Assembly (NCBI GenBank): GCA_965240325.2
Contig: OZ251224.1
Coordinates: 2,418,001 to 2,482,000 of the forward strand
Length of the DNA stretch: 64,000 nucleotides
Origin: Rebecca billardiae RCC1528
Taxonomy: Eukaryota > Protista > Haptophyta
Direction: 5' to 3'
Both the position numbers and the translations under genes were made by a program. Position 1 is the first letter of the stretch; every line of letters starts with the position of its first letter. Positions 33,561 through 43,153 of the stretch are shown here, one piece after another. The notes beneath the pieces are model-generated. The model was given only the letters and a program-made list of their open reading frames with translations, did no database searches and had not been told where the DNA came from.

Positions 33561-33707
33561 CCGCTTTATTCACAATTCACACGATCTACTAACGACTTAT
33601 GATGATTCAGACAGATGATGCTGCCGACATGATTGTCCTCTGGCAAGGCTCCGACACTCCTCATCGCTCGTCATCCTCGTCATGCACGAGAGCCGCGAGG
33701 CGTCGCA

Positions 33708-36700
33708 TCACTGCGCCGCCGCCGCCGCCGCCGCCGCCGCGGGGAAGGCGGCGAGCAGGCAGGCGATGCGGCAGTCAGCGCGGTGCGCGTCGCGCTCGCC
33801 GCCGCACGCAAAGCACGCGCCCGCCGCCGCCGCCGAGCCGTCGAGCGCGCGCAGCGCGTCGTAGGCTGACGCGGCCCACTGCGCCATGGAGGACGGCGCG
33901 TGGCCCGGCGCCGCCGCGAGCGGCCGCGCCGCGGGCTTCGCCGGCATCGGCATCGGCGGCACGGCGTGCGACGCGCTCGCGGGCGGCGCGGCCGGCGGCG
34001 GCGGCGCGGCCGGCGGCGGCGAAGCCCAGCCGGGCGGCGGCGGCGGCGCGTGCTGCTGCGCGGCAGCGCGGTGCGCGCCAGACGGCCTGGGACACCAGCC
34101 CGCGTGCAGGCTCGCGAGCAGCTCGCGGTGGTGCGCGACGCCGAACGCGGCGCCGAGCGCGGACGTGCGCCGCGCGCCGGGCGCCGCGCGCGCCGTCCCC
34201 TCCAGCCGCGCCCACGGCGCAGAGTCGGCGTCGAGCGCGGCGCGCAGCGCGGCGCGCGCCGCGCCGAACGCTTGCAGCACCGCGCTCACCTTGTAGCATA
34301 CGCGCGCGGCGTTGGCGTTGACGGAGCCCGCGCGTAGCTGCGGCGGGTTGAGCACCACCATCGGGTCGTGCTCGCACCCGGCGCACGAGTCCGCGAGCGC
34401 CTCGCGCCGCGGCCACTCGACCGCGCCAGTGGCCGGCTCGACGCGCGGCGGCGCCGAGAGACACACGACGTGCGCACTCGGCTCGAGCGCGCAGATTGCG
34501 TCGAGCGCGAGGAGCAGCAGCTCGGCCAGTCCGGGCGTGGGCGGCGGCAGTCCGGCGGGCGTTGGTGTGTGCGCGGCGTGCGCGCCGCCGCCCTGACCGC
34601 CAGCCCCTGGCGCGGCGCCGGCGGCTGGCGGAAGGCCGCCGGCGCCGCCGTCGGCGCGCGCTCCCTCCGCGCCGCCAGGCACGCGCGCGGCGGCGGCGGC
34701 GGCGGCGCCGCCGCCGCCGAGCGCGACGCCGCGCGCGACTCCGCGCAGCACGGTGGCGAGCAGCAGCGTGAGCGCGTGCGAGGAGAGCCCGCCGTCCGGC
34801 GCGCCGAGCAGCGCGCGGCACGCCAGCAGCTGCTTCGCGACGAGCGTGAGCGCGCGCAGCGGCGGCAGCTCCGACTGCAGAGCCAGGGCCACGCGCGTCG
34901 CCGCGGCGCCGCGGTGCGCGCAGCCGTGCGCGAACGAGACGTCAGCGGCCAGTGGGACGGAGGACGGCGGCTGGCGGGGCTGCGCGGCGGCGGCGGCGGC
35001 GGAGGCGTGCGCGCCCAGGCCCCCGAGCGGCGCCGCGTCCGCCTCCGCGCGCGCCTCGAGCTTGAGCAGCGGCACGGGCGAGCGCTCCACGGGCACGCAC
35101 ACACTCACCCACGGGGCAGCCGCGAGCGCGCGCGCGAGCTCGGCGACACACATGGCGGGAGGCGGCAGCGCGGAGCCGCGCAGCTCGAGCGCGATGTCCA
35201 CGTCGGACTGCGGCAGCGCGAGGCCCGAGGCGACCGAGCCGAAGACGAAGACGGACACGCGCCCGCCCGGCCACGAGCGCTCCGCCGCCGCGGCGACGCG
35301 GTCCACAATGGCCGCCTGCCACGCGTGCCGGCGCGCGCAAAGCACACTCAGCTCCGTGGCAAAGTCTGAAACGTCGGCGGAGAGCGCGTGAAGGGCGGGG
35401 CGGGCGGCGTGCGGCGGGATGGCGGGCGAGGGCGAGGGCGGGCGGAACGGCGGCGGCGAGGGCGCGGCGGGCGGGCGCGAGGGCGTCGGCGGCGTCGGCG
35501 GCGCCGCCGCCGCGGCGGGCGCCGTCGCGCGCAGCGGCTCAGCCGGCTCGGGCGGCGGCGGCGGCGGACGCGACGGCGCGGGCTCGGCGGCAGGAGTGGA
35601 AGCCGCGCGCTGCCGCCGCAGCGCGAGCGGCGGCGAGGCGGCGTCGGCAGCCGCGGGCGGCTCGGCTGAGCGCGCGCCCTCCGCGCCCGCCGCCACGCTC
35701 GGCGGCGCGGCCGCGGCGGCCGCGGCCTCGGCCGGCGGCGGCTCGGCGCCGTCGGCGGCTGGCGCCGCCGCCGCCGCCGCTCGGTTGCGCCGCGCCGCGC
35801 GCCGCGCGCCGCGCGCCGCGCGCCGCCGGCTTGGCGCTGCCGGCGGCGGCGGCGCCGGTGCCGCCACCGCCGCCGCCGCCGCCGCCACGGGCGCCGGCGC
35901 CTCGGTCGCGTCCGCGCCCAGCCACTCGAGCGTCGCCGAGGCGAGCAGCTGCGAGCAGCCGTCAAGCACCGCGGCCCAAAGCGCTTGCCGGCCGAGCGCC
36001 GCGCCGCCCGCGCCGCCGCCCTCAGGCGCGTCTGAAGCGCCGCCGCGCCGCGCGCCGCGCCGCGCGCCCTCCGCCTGCAGCTGCGCCCACGGCACCAGGG
36101 GCCCGGCCTCCAGCAGCGCATCGACGCGGGGCCCAGCCTCCAGCAGCGCGTCGGCGCGCAGGGCCGCGCAGCCCTCCGCCTGCGCCTTCGCCTGCAGCTG
36201 CGCCCACGGCACCGGCGGGAGCCCTGATGCCTCAAGCAATGCGTCTGCGCGCAGCGGCGCGCAGCCTTCCGCCAGCGACGAGGGCGGAGCGGGCGGCGGG
36301 CGCGGCGGCGGCGCGGCGGCGGCGCGCCGGGCGAGCGCGCCGGCGCGCGGCCGCGCGTTCCGCGCCCGCGCGCCGCGCCGCGCGCCCGCCGCCTCGCCCG
36401 CCGCCTCGCCCGCCGCCGGCGCCGCCGCCGCGCCGCCGACGCCGCCGAGCGCACGCGCCGCGCGGCTCACCAGCCAGTCTCGCTCGGCGGCGCCGAGGTC
36501 GCTCCACGCGCGGAGGACGCGGACGACGGGCTCGGCGCCGGGTGGCGCGACGGGCGTCGCGCGCGCGCCGAGCCACGCCGCGTGCGCGCCGTGCAGCCGC
36601 GACGCGAGCGCGCGGCCGAGCAGCGCGCCTGGGGTGACGACGGCGGCGCGCGGCGGCGGCGCGCGCCCGGCAGCCGCGCGCTTGCGCAGCGCGTGCGGCG

Positions 36701-37409
36701 CGCCGGCGCCGGTGGCGCGGACGGGCATCTCGACGAGCACGCCGCCGACGATCGCACGTCGCACCGCGCACTCGAGCGAGTCCACGTCGGCCGCGAACTC
36801 GCGCGAGACGGCGACGACGACGGGCGCGGCGGCCGCGGCCGCGGCCGCGCCGCCGCCGCTCGGCGGCGCGGCCGCGCCGCCGCCGCCGCCGCCGCGCACG
36901 ACGCGCGTGCAGTGGACGAGCGCGGCGCTCGACGCGTGGTCGAGCCATGTGGGCAGCGGCGCAAGCGCGAGCGCGCTCGCCGCGCCGAGCGCCACCCACT
37001 CGCAGCACGTGCGCGGCGCGGCCGGCGCGGCCGGAGGCGCCGCCATCGCGCCCACATCCGCGCCTGTATGTGAGTAGAGGACGAGGAAGCCGGGCGCGTC
37101 GGAGGCCGCGGCGATGGCCGCGGCGACGGCGGGCTCGAGCCCCAGCGCGAGCACCGCCGCGCGCTCGTCCGCGCGCAGCCCGCGCACCCAGTCCCACGCC
37201 GCGTCCCACCAGCTCTCTGAGAGCGAGTCCCAGCGCGCTGCAGCCGCGGCGGACGCGCGGTCCTCGTCGTCGGCGGCGGCGGTGGCGGGGTCGGTGTCGG
37301 AGGCGGGGGCATCGTCGGCCGACGACGGGTGGCCCGTCCAGTACGCCTCGTTCCCCAAGCACGCCGAGAGCAGCGCCGGGAGCACCTCGGCGTCCGCCTG
37401 CCGCGGCAT
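33708..37409 (-). CDS. TRF4/PAPD5-like non-canonical poly(A) polymerase / terminal nucleotidyltransferase
   Basis: VFGSVASGLALPQSDVDI (Pol-beta GS..DxD), VPLLKL, ADVSF and LRALTLVAKQLL..GGLSSHALTLL. First ATG at 37409. Confidence 0.88.
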   Translation of the reverse strand: MPRQADAEVLPALLSACLGNEAYWTGHPSSADDAPASDTDPATAAADDEDRASAAAAARWDSLSESWWDAAWDWVRGLRADERAAVLALGLEPAVAAAIAAASDAPGFLVLYSHTGADVGAMAAPPAAPAAPRTCCEWVALGAASALALAPLPTWLDHASSAALVHCTRVVRGGGGGGAAAPPSGGGAAAAAAAAPVVVAVSREFAADVDSLECAVRRAIVGGVLVEMPVRATGAGAPHALRKRAAAGRAPPPRAAVVTPGALLGRALASRLHGAHAAWLGARATPVAPPGAEPVVRVLRAWSDLGAAERDWLVSRAARALGGVGGAAAAPAAGEAAGEAAGARRGARARNARPRAGALARRAAAAPPPRPPPAPPSSLAEGCAPLRADALLEASGLPPVPWAQLQAKAQAEGCAALRADALLEAGPRVDALLEAGPLVPWAQLQAEGARRGARRGGASDAPEGGGAGGAALGRQALWAAVLDGCSQLLASATLEWLGADATEAPAPVAAAAAAVAAPAPPPPAAPSRRRAARGARRAARRNRAAAAAAPAADGAEPPPAEAAAAAAAPPSVAAGAEGARSAEPPAAADAASPPLALRRQRAASTPAAEPAPSRPPPPPPEPAEPLRATAPAAAAAPPTPPTPSRPPAAPSPPPFRPPSPSPAIPPHAARPALHALSADVSDFATELSVLCARRHAWQAAIVDRVAAAAERSWPGGRVSVFVFGSVASGLALPQSDVDIALELRGSALPPPAMCVAELARALAAAPWVSVCVPVERSPVPLLKLEARAEADAAPLGGLGAHASAAAAAAQPRQPPSSVPLAADVSFAHGCAHRGAAATRVALALQSELPPLRALTLVAKQLLACRALLGAPDGGLSSHALTLLLATVLRGVARGVALGGGGAAAAAAARVPGGAEGARADGGAGGLPPAAGAAPGAGGQGGGAHAAHTPTPAGLPPPTPGLAELLLLALDAICALEPSAHVVCLSAPPRVEPATGAVEWPRREALADSCAGCEHDPMVVLNPPQLRAGSVNANAARVCYKVSAVLQAFGAARAALRAALDADSAPWARLEGTARAAPGARRTSALGAAFGVAHHRELLASLHAGWCPRPSGAHRAAAQQHAPPPPPGWASPPPAAPPPPAAPPASASHAVPPMPMPAKPAARPLAAAPGHAPSSMAQWAASAYDALRALDGSAAAAGACFACGGERDAHRADCRIACLLAAFPAAAAAAAAAQ

Positions 37410-37696
37410 CTCGGCGAGGGACCTCGGTGACCGTCCTGCGCCCAGTCTGTGAAAAGGCGCGTCCTGGGACGGCCGGTTGCCCAACTGGACCAGTCTGGCA
37501 CCTAGGCCGGCGAGGAAACGTCCGCACTGTCACCGGCCTGAACAAGCCTGAAGCGCCGCATCGCCACCTATCTGCTTCAGACCGGTCCTACGCCGTTACG
37601 AATCCGGAGCAGGACTATATCTGCTATGATAATGGTCTCAGGTGGGCGCGCGCGCGCCGCGCGCGCGCACAGAGCGCAGGGCGCAGAGCGCACAGC

Positions 37697-39802
37697 TCAG
37701 CCCAGGCCCTGCCGCGCCGCCGAGCCGGAGACGGCGCCGACGGCCGCGCTGCCGGGGCGCGCGCTCACGCCCAGGAGAGCGCGCGGCGGCGGCAGCCCGC
37801 GCCCCGCGGCGCCCGACGGTCTGCGCCGCAGCGCCGCGCCCGCCGGCGCCCGCCGGCGCACGAGCAGGCAGAGGAGCGAGACGAGGAAGACGCCCGCGCC
37901 GACGCCCCACAGCGCCGTGGCCTGCGCCTGCAGCGCGGCCAGCTCCGCGGCGCCCGCGCCGCTCAGCGCGAGCGTCGACGAGTGGCGCGCGCGCGCGCGG
38001 CCGACGGGCGGCGCGCCGCCGGCCGCGGCGCGCGCCGCCACGGCCGCCGCCATGGCCGCCGCCGCACCGTGCGCGGCGTGCGCGCCCCCGGAGCCGACCT
38101 CGTGCAGCCCGCCGTCCCAGTCGTCGTCCTCGCCCTCCGCGCCCTCCTCGCCGCCCCACTCCTCCTCGCCGGGGCCGTCGCCCGCCGCCGCCGCCGCCGC
38201 CGGGCCGCCGCCGCGCGCGCCCTCCGATGCCGCGGCCGTCGGCGCGCCGCGCGTCGGCGCCTGCGCCGGCTCGGCACGCGCGCGCGGCGCCGGCGCGCAC
38301 AGGCCGCACGAGAGCCGGCAGGTCTCGCGCATGAAGCCGCGGTTGTTCTCGCACTCCCCACCCAGCGCCCACATCCAGCACGACGCGTGCCCGTCCGCGC
38401 AGCACGGCCCGGCGCCCGGCTCCGCAGGTGCGCACGGCTCTGGCAGCGCCGTGTCTCGGCCGTGCGCCGGGCAGCGCACGTCTGCCATGCCGCACGCCCG
38501 CGAGTAGAAGTCGCACAGCCCGTCGTTGAGCGTGTTGACGACGAAGGCGCCCTGCTCGCTGCGCCCCTCCCACCGCGCGCCGCTGCGCTCGCGCTCGACC
38601 AGCGCCGCGCTCGGCGGCACGCCGAAGAAGCGGCCGCCGGGCGCGCACTCCGCCGGGTCGAATTTCTGAAAGACCATTTTATTCCACTCGTAATTCTGGC
38701 CGATCCGAAAGTCGATGCCGTAGTGCAGCACGGACGGGCCGCCGGCGCGCGAGCCGCCGTCGCTCGGGTAGCCGACGAGCGCGGGCGGGAAGACGTGCTG
38801 CACGCGCGCCTCCGCCGCCGCGAACGCGTACCCGTACCTGCGACGGGCGCGCGCGCGCGGCGCTCGTGAGGAGCGGCGCCACAGTGCGTGCGCGCGCGCT
38901 GGCTGCAGCGCGGCGCGCCGAGTGCTCGCGCCGCGCGCGCGCGCGCACATCTCCGCGATCCACGGCGGCTGGCCGCGCTTGACGTACGCGTCGCCGGTCG
39001 GGATGTCCCGCGCGATCGTCGAGTTGGGCATGCCCGCCCAGTACTCGTGCGGCCGCGAGCGCACCTGCTCTGTGTAGTGCAGCCAGCGCGGCGCAATCTT
39101 CGAAATGTCTTCCATGTGGAAGAGATGCACCCAGCCCGCGGGCTGCACGAGCGCCCAGGGGGTGTCGGGCGGGAGGAAGCGCGCGGCGAGGCCGTTGGAC
39201 ACGCCGATGAGGTACCCTACCCGCGCCGACGCGACCACGCCCGCCCGCGCGCCCAGCTGCGCCGGCCACACCGCGCGCCGAAGGACCATGTCAGCGTCGA
39301 GGAACAGCACAAACTGTGCGCCCGCCGCGCGCTCGGAGCGCGCCCAGTGCATCACCGAGCCCGGCTTGTTGTACGAGCCGGAGGTGTCGCCGTTGTGCGG
39401 GTTGTGCTTGTAGTTCGTGTGCACGAACGTGCACGCCTCGTACGCGCGGTACCCCGCCGTGGCCTCGTACGCGCGCAGCTGCTCGTCGGAGCACGCGAGC
39501 AGCCGCGTCACGCGCACGTCGTTGCCGTCGGCGTCGGCGCCCACCCGGTCGCGCGGCCGGCCGTACGCGCGCTCGTACGACTCGAACATGCCGGCGGACA
39601 TCCACTCGAACTGCGGCGTGCACTCCGCCGTGAACAGGACGTCCAGCCGCACGCCGCCGCCGCCGCCGCCGCCCTCGCCGCCGCCGCCGCCAAGGCCGAG
39701 CAGCGAACGGCCGGCGGCGGCGCGCGGCCACGCGCCCGCGGCGGCGGCGACAGCGGCGGCGAGGAGCGCCGCGGCCGCGCGGCGCGGAGGACGTGCCGAC
39801 AC
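37697..39802 (-). CDS. SGT1: Peptidyl-serine alpha-galactosyltransferase-like with ShKT domain and C-terminal TM; intron 38838-38948; start uncertain
   Basis: VLFTAEC..FEW, VTRLLACS, YNKPGSV.HW, FLDADM, IAPRWLHYTEQVR, WIAEM|YGYAFAAA. Removing a 111-nt GT-AG intron restores EMYGY. CADGHASCWMWALGGECENNRGFMRETCRLSCGLC is a ShKT motif. Confidence 0.88.
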   Translation of the reverse strand: MSARPPRRAAAALLAAAVAAAAGAWPRAAAGRSLLGLGGGGGEGGGGGGGVRLDVLFTAECTPQFEWMSAGMFESYERAYGRPRDRVGADADGNDVRVTRLLACSDEQLRAYEATAGYRAYEACTFVHTNYKHNPHNGDTSGSYNKPGSVMHWARSERAAGAQFVLFLDADMVLRRAVWPAQLGARAGVVASARVGYLIGVSNGLAARFLPPDTPWALVQPAGWVHLFHMEDISKIAPRWLHYTEQVRSRPHEYWAGMPNSTIARDIPTGDAYVKRGQPPWIAEMCARARGASTRRAALQPARAHALWRRSSRAPRARARRRYGYAFAAAEARVQHVFPPALVGYPSDGGSRAGGPSVLHYGIDFRIGQNYEWNKMVFQKFDPAECAPGGRFFGVPPSAALVERERSGARWEGRSEQGAFVVNTLNDGLCDFYSRACGMADVRCPAHGRDTALPEPCAPAEPGAGPCCADGHASCWMWALGGECENNRGFMRETCRLSCGLCAPAPRARAEPAQAPTRGAPTAAASEGARGGGPAAAAAAGDGPGEEEWGGEEGAEGEDDDWDGGLHEVGSGGAHAAHGAAAAMAAAVAARAAAGGAPPVGRARARHSSTLALSGAGAAELAALQAQATALWGVGAGVFLVSLLCLLVRRRAPAGAALRRRPSGAAGRGLPPPRALLGVSARPGSAAVGAVSGSAARQGLG

Positions 39803-39807
39803 GTGCC

Positions 39808-40092
39808 TCACTCGGCGCGCTTCTTCGCCGCCGCCGCCGCCGCTGTCGCCGCCGCGCGCCGCCGCTTTCGCCACGCCCCGATCGCGTCGCTCACGCGCTC
39901 CACCACCTTGCCGACGAAGAAGATGAGGAAGAAGACCGCGGCGAAGAAGCCGCACGCGATGCCGATCACGAAGAACGGGTTCTTCTTCGGCTTGGACGGC
40001 GGCCGGCGCGCCGATATCGTGTCCGCCGCCGCGAGCAGCGGCGCGAGCAGCAGGGCGAGCGCGCGGATGCCCGCCATCCGCGCGCATTCCAT
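39808..40092 (-). CDS. Small type I membrane protein (89-94 aa)
   Basis: Signal peptide MAGIRALALLLAPLLAAA, TM FFVIGIACGFFAAVFFLIFFV, basic tail, and strong GC3 codon bias. Confidence 0.72.
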   Translation of the reverse strand: MECARMAGIRALALLLAPLLAAADTISARRPPSKPKKNPFFVIGIACGFFAAVFFLIFFVGKVVERVSDAIGAWRKRRRAAATAAAAAAKKRAE

Positions 40093-40273
40093 TCTTCGTC
40101 GCGGTGCTCTCGAGCGCCGTGTCCGTGGCCGGCTGGCCGCCAGCGTGATCTACCGGACTCCTCCCGGTTGGCCACCAGTCCTGCCCAGGACCTCGGACCT
40201 GCACGAGTGCTGGGCGCTGGCGCAGCGCGCCTTCGAGGTCGAGGCAACGCCGCGAGCGCTCCCGCCGCAACCC

Positions 40274-41107
40274 ATGAGCGCCGCACCGGCCGGCGCGCCC
40301 CCGGTGGCGGGCGGTGCCGCGGCGGCTCCGCCGCCCCCGCAAGTGCCGCTGGAGCCTCGCGCGCCGACGGGCACGGCAACCGCGCCACCGGCGCAGCCGG
40401 CGCCACCGCCACGGCCGGCGGCGGCGGCGGCCGCGGCAGGCGCGTTGCCGCGGCCGCTGCCGGCGTCGCTCAGCCGCAGGCAGGACGTGCTCGACGGCGG
40501 CGTGGGCGCCGCGCGCGCGCTCGCGCAGCCCGAGGCGGACGGCCCGGTGCACGGCGTCTGGCTCCTCACCTTCGTCAACCACTGGAACCTCGAGCAGGAG
40601 CGGCTGGTCGTGCTCACCGACCGCTCCCTCCTCCGCGTGAAGTACAACTTCTTGCAGCAGCGCGTGGAGAAGTGCACGCGGCTGGCGCTCGCGGACGTCG
40701 AGGGCCTTACGCTGGGCCGCGTGCGCTACGCCGCGCACTCGTTCGCGGAGAACCTGCAGTCCGTGTCGCGCGGCGCGCCGATCTCGAGGCCGGGCGTGCG
40801 CATCCTGATGCGCGGCGACGAGCCCAGCGCGTGGGAGCGGTGGAACCCGCGCTCGAAGAAGATGGGCGAGCGCCGGGCGGTCTTCTGCTCGCACAACGAC
40901 GTCGCCGGCGGCGTGCCGCTCATCGAGCCGCTCGAGAGCGTCGACCACTTCGCCGCGGCGCTGCAGCGCGCGCTCGCCGTCGCCGCGCCCACGCTCACGC
41001 CCGTCGCGGCGGACATTGCGCTCGACTCGATGCTCGGCCTGCCGGCGATCGTGTACAACGAGTCGCGGCTGGGCGAGTGGCGCACGCGCGGCTCGATCGC
41101 ATTCTGA
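40274..41107 (+). CDS. TPRG1/TPRG1L-like hSac2-domain protein
   Basis: GVWLLTFVNHWNLEQERLVVLTDRSLLRVKYNF and C-terminal GLPAIVYNESRLG..RGSIAF. Confidence 0.85.
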   Translation: MSAAPAGAPPVAGGAAAAPPPPQVPLEPRAPTGTATAPPAQPAPPPRPAAAAAAAGALPRPLPASLSRRQDVLDGGVGAARALAQPEADGPVHGVWLLTFVNHWNLEQERLVVLTDRSLLRVKYNFLQQRVEKCTRLALADVEGLTLGRVRYAAHSFAENLQSVSRGAPISRPGVRILMRGDEPSAWERWNPRSKKMGERRAVFCSHNDVAGGVPLIEPLESVDHFAAALQRALAVAAPTLTPVAADIALDSMLGLPAIVYNESRLGEWRTRGSIAF

Positions 41108-41663
41108 GCGCGCCGCCCAGGCCGCGCGGCGCGCCCGAGTGACCTGGAGCCGACTCACGTGTCACCGTCTTCACGGCCGCTCAGCGCCGGTTGGCAAGCT
41201 ACCTCCGCTGGCCTGTAACTACTAAGCTAACTCTCTGAGTTACCTTAGAGGTTGCTCGGAAGAGGCCTCGCCGGGCCCTGGCGCTAAGATGCGGAGTCTG
41301 TTCTGATGCGTCGGAGTCTGCTCATGTAGTCTGCGCTGCTGATGTAACTACCGTACTATAGTCAGGCCGCGCGGCCGCGTCGTCACTACGTCAGGCCGTC
41401 AGCCTCAAGTAGCAGTGAGCCCCCGAATGAGCAGCGGAGCCGGAGTCGGTCACGGACTCGTGCATGAGCCTGAGGCTCCGACGGTCGGCGCGTTACCATC
41501 AAGTCAAGCCTCAAGGCGACGCCGACGAGACACTACAGACGAGCTTTGATAACACAGCGCAGGTCAGACGCCGAGAGAGTCAGATCCGCCCGCTTGGAGC
41601 CCTGGGCCGATTCTGACAACGTCATTAAGAAGCGCCGCGCAGCGGCCGCCAAGTGACCAAGTC

Positions 41664-42179
41664 GGCTCCGGCTTCGGTTGACCCCCGCCTTTGAAGTCCG
41701 GTCACTGGAGCGTTACGTCTTGACATGGAGATCGGCGGGATCGCCGCCTCTGATGATCTACAATCGCTCCTAGGCCGCACCCCAGGCGGTCCCGTTGGCC
41801 TTCGGGACGATATGACGATTGACGGCCGGATGGATCATTGTCAGCCAAACCTCCAATGTTCAGACTCTATTTTCTATATCTAATTACTCCAGCCCGGGTA
41901 CCATTTGCGCATATGTATACAGGTGTCCGGATCGATCCCGGATCACTCGGATGGTGCTGAAATCTGAGTAAGGGGCGGGTAATTACATAATAAAATTGGG
42001 TCTGAACCTATTGGGAGGTGGTCTGATGGCGCTGCCCCATAACCATTTCTCGTTGAAGTCATCAATTATTGGGGGGCGGAATTGGCATCGTCCGCTTGGT
42101 TGACCTCGGAGTTCGGCTCAGTAGGGCCAAGACGTAACGGTCTAAACGGAGCTTAGGGGGGTCAACCGGAGCTGGAGCC
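41664..42179. mobile_element. Degenerate MITE-like element (~516 bp)
   Basis: GGCTCCGGCTTCGGTTGACCCCC ... GGGGGTCAACCGGAGCTGGAGCC plus inner inverted CGTTACGTCTTG/CAAGACGTAACG; lower-GC interior; no TSD seen. Confidence 0.6.
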
Positions 42180-42182
42180 CAT

Positions 42183-42329
<147 letters not shown>

Positions 42330-43153
42330 CCCGTGGTGCCAACCAATGCTGCGGCGGCGCCCAATCGTCGCGCGCTCGGCTGAGGGCTGAGGCCAGTGAC
42401 GACAGGCGAGCAGCGTGTCGCCGTTGAACGCGTAGCAGTAACTGTCGTCCGTACGTAGTCTGAGTGTCTCGCAAGCTGACACGACGCATAAGTAAGACTG
42501 GCCGCGTATATATGTACGCCTCCGCCTAAGTGCCCCAAAGTAGGAGGCGTGTTGAGCCTGAGAGTGAAATAAGTGACTAGTGAGCCGGTCGTGACTCGTG
42601 TCACGTGTGGCCCTGTAGCTATTACTAGCTATAACCGGACCGCCCCGGGCAGGCCGGCACTACTGTAGCACTCTTAGTCTTACGCCCGAGTCTTACGGTC
42701 GACCGTAAGACTAAGAGTGCTCGTGCCCGAGTGGTCTTGTACGACCGGGCCACGATGACGATCGACTCTCAGGCTCAACAAGGCGGATGACTACGGTAGT
42801 AACCTTAGCTATAGGAAAATGCATGCCGTGTACGTAGCTATAGTATGATGTAGTATGTTGACCGCCATTGGCCAGGCGGCGCCGGCGCAGGTGTGCCGAT
42901 GAGCCGGCATCAGGCGGCAGGCGGCGCAGGCGGCGCAAGCGGCCCGGCCCTCATCACGCGGTGCCCGGTTTGGCCCGGGCGCCAGTGACTATAGCAGTCT
43001 AGCAGGTGCTGTGAGTGTGAGACTGCCCGCGCCGAGCTCACGTCTTGGCTTCGGAGCAGTTGGGCCCGCAATGCTGCCGCCAGAAGGGCGCGTGCGTAAT
43101 AACAAGAGAGCTAAGGTCGCGCTGTAGTCAATCACGCTGATGTCAAAGTTGCC

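Noticed and set aside
37697-41158. Single 1153-aa protein
   Set aside because: The upstream part is the antisense of the TPRG1-like gene and an off-frame shadow of the small membrane ORF, and it reads through a 3n intron.
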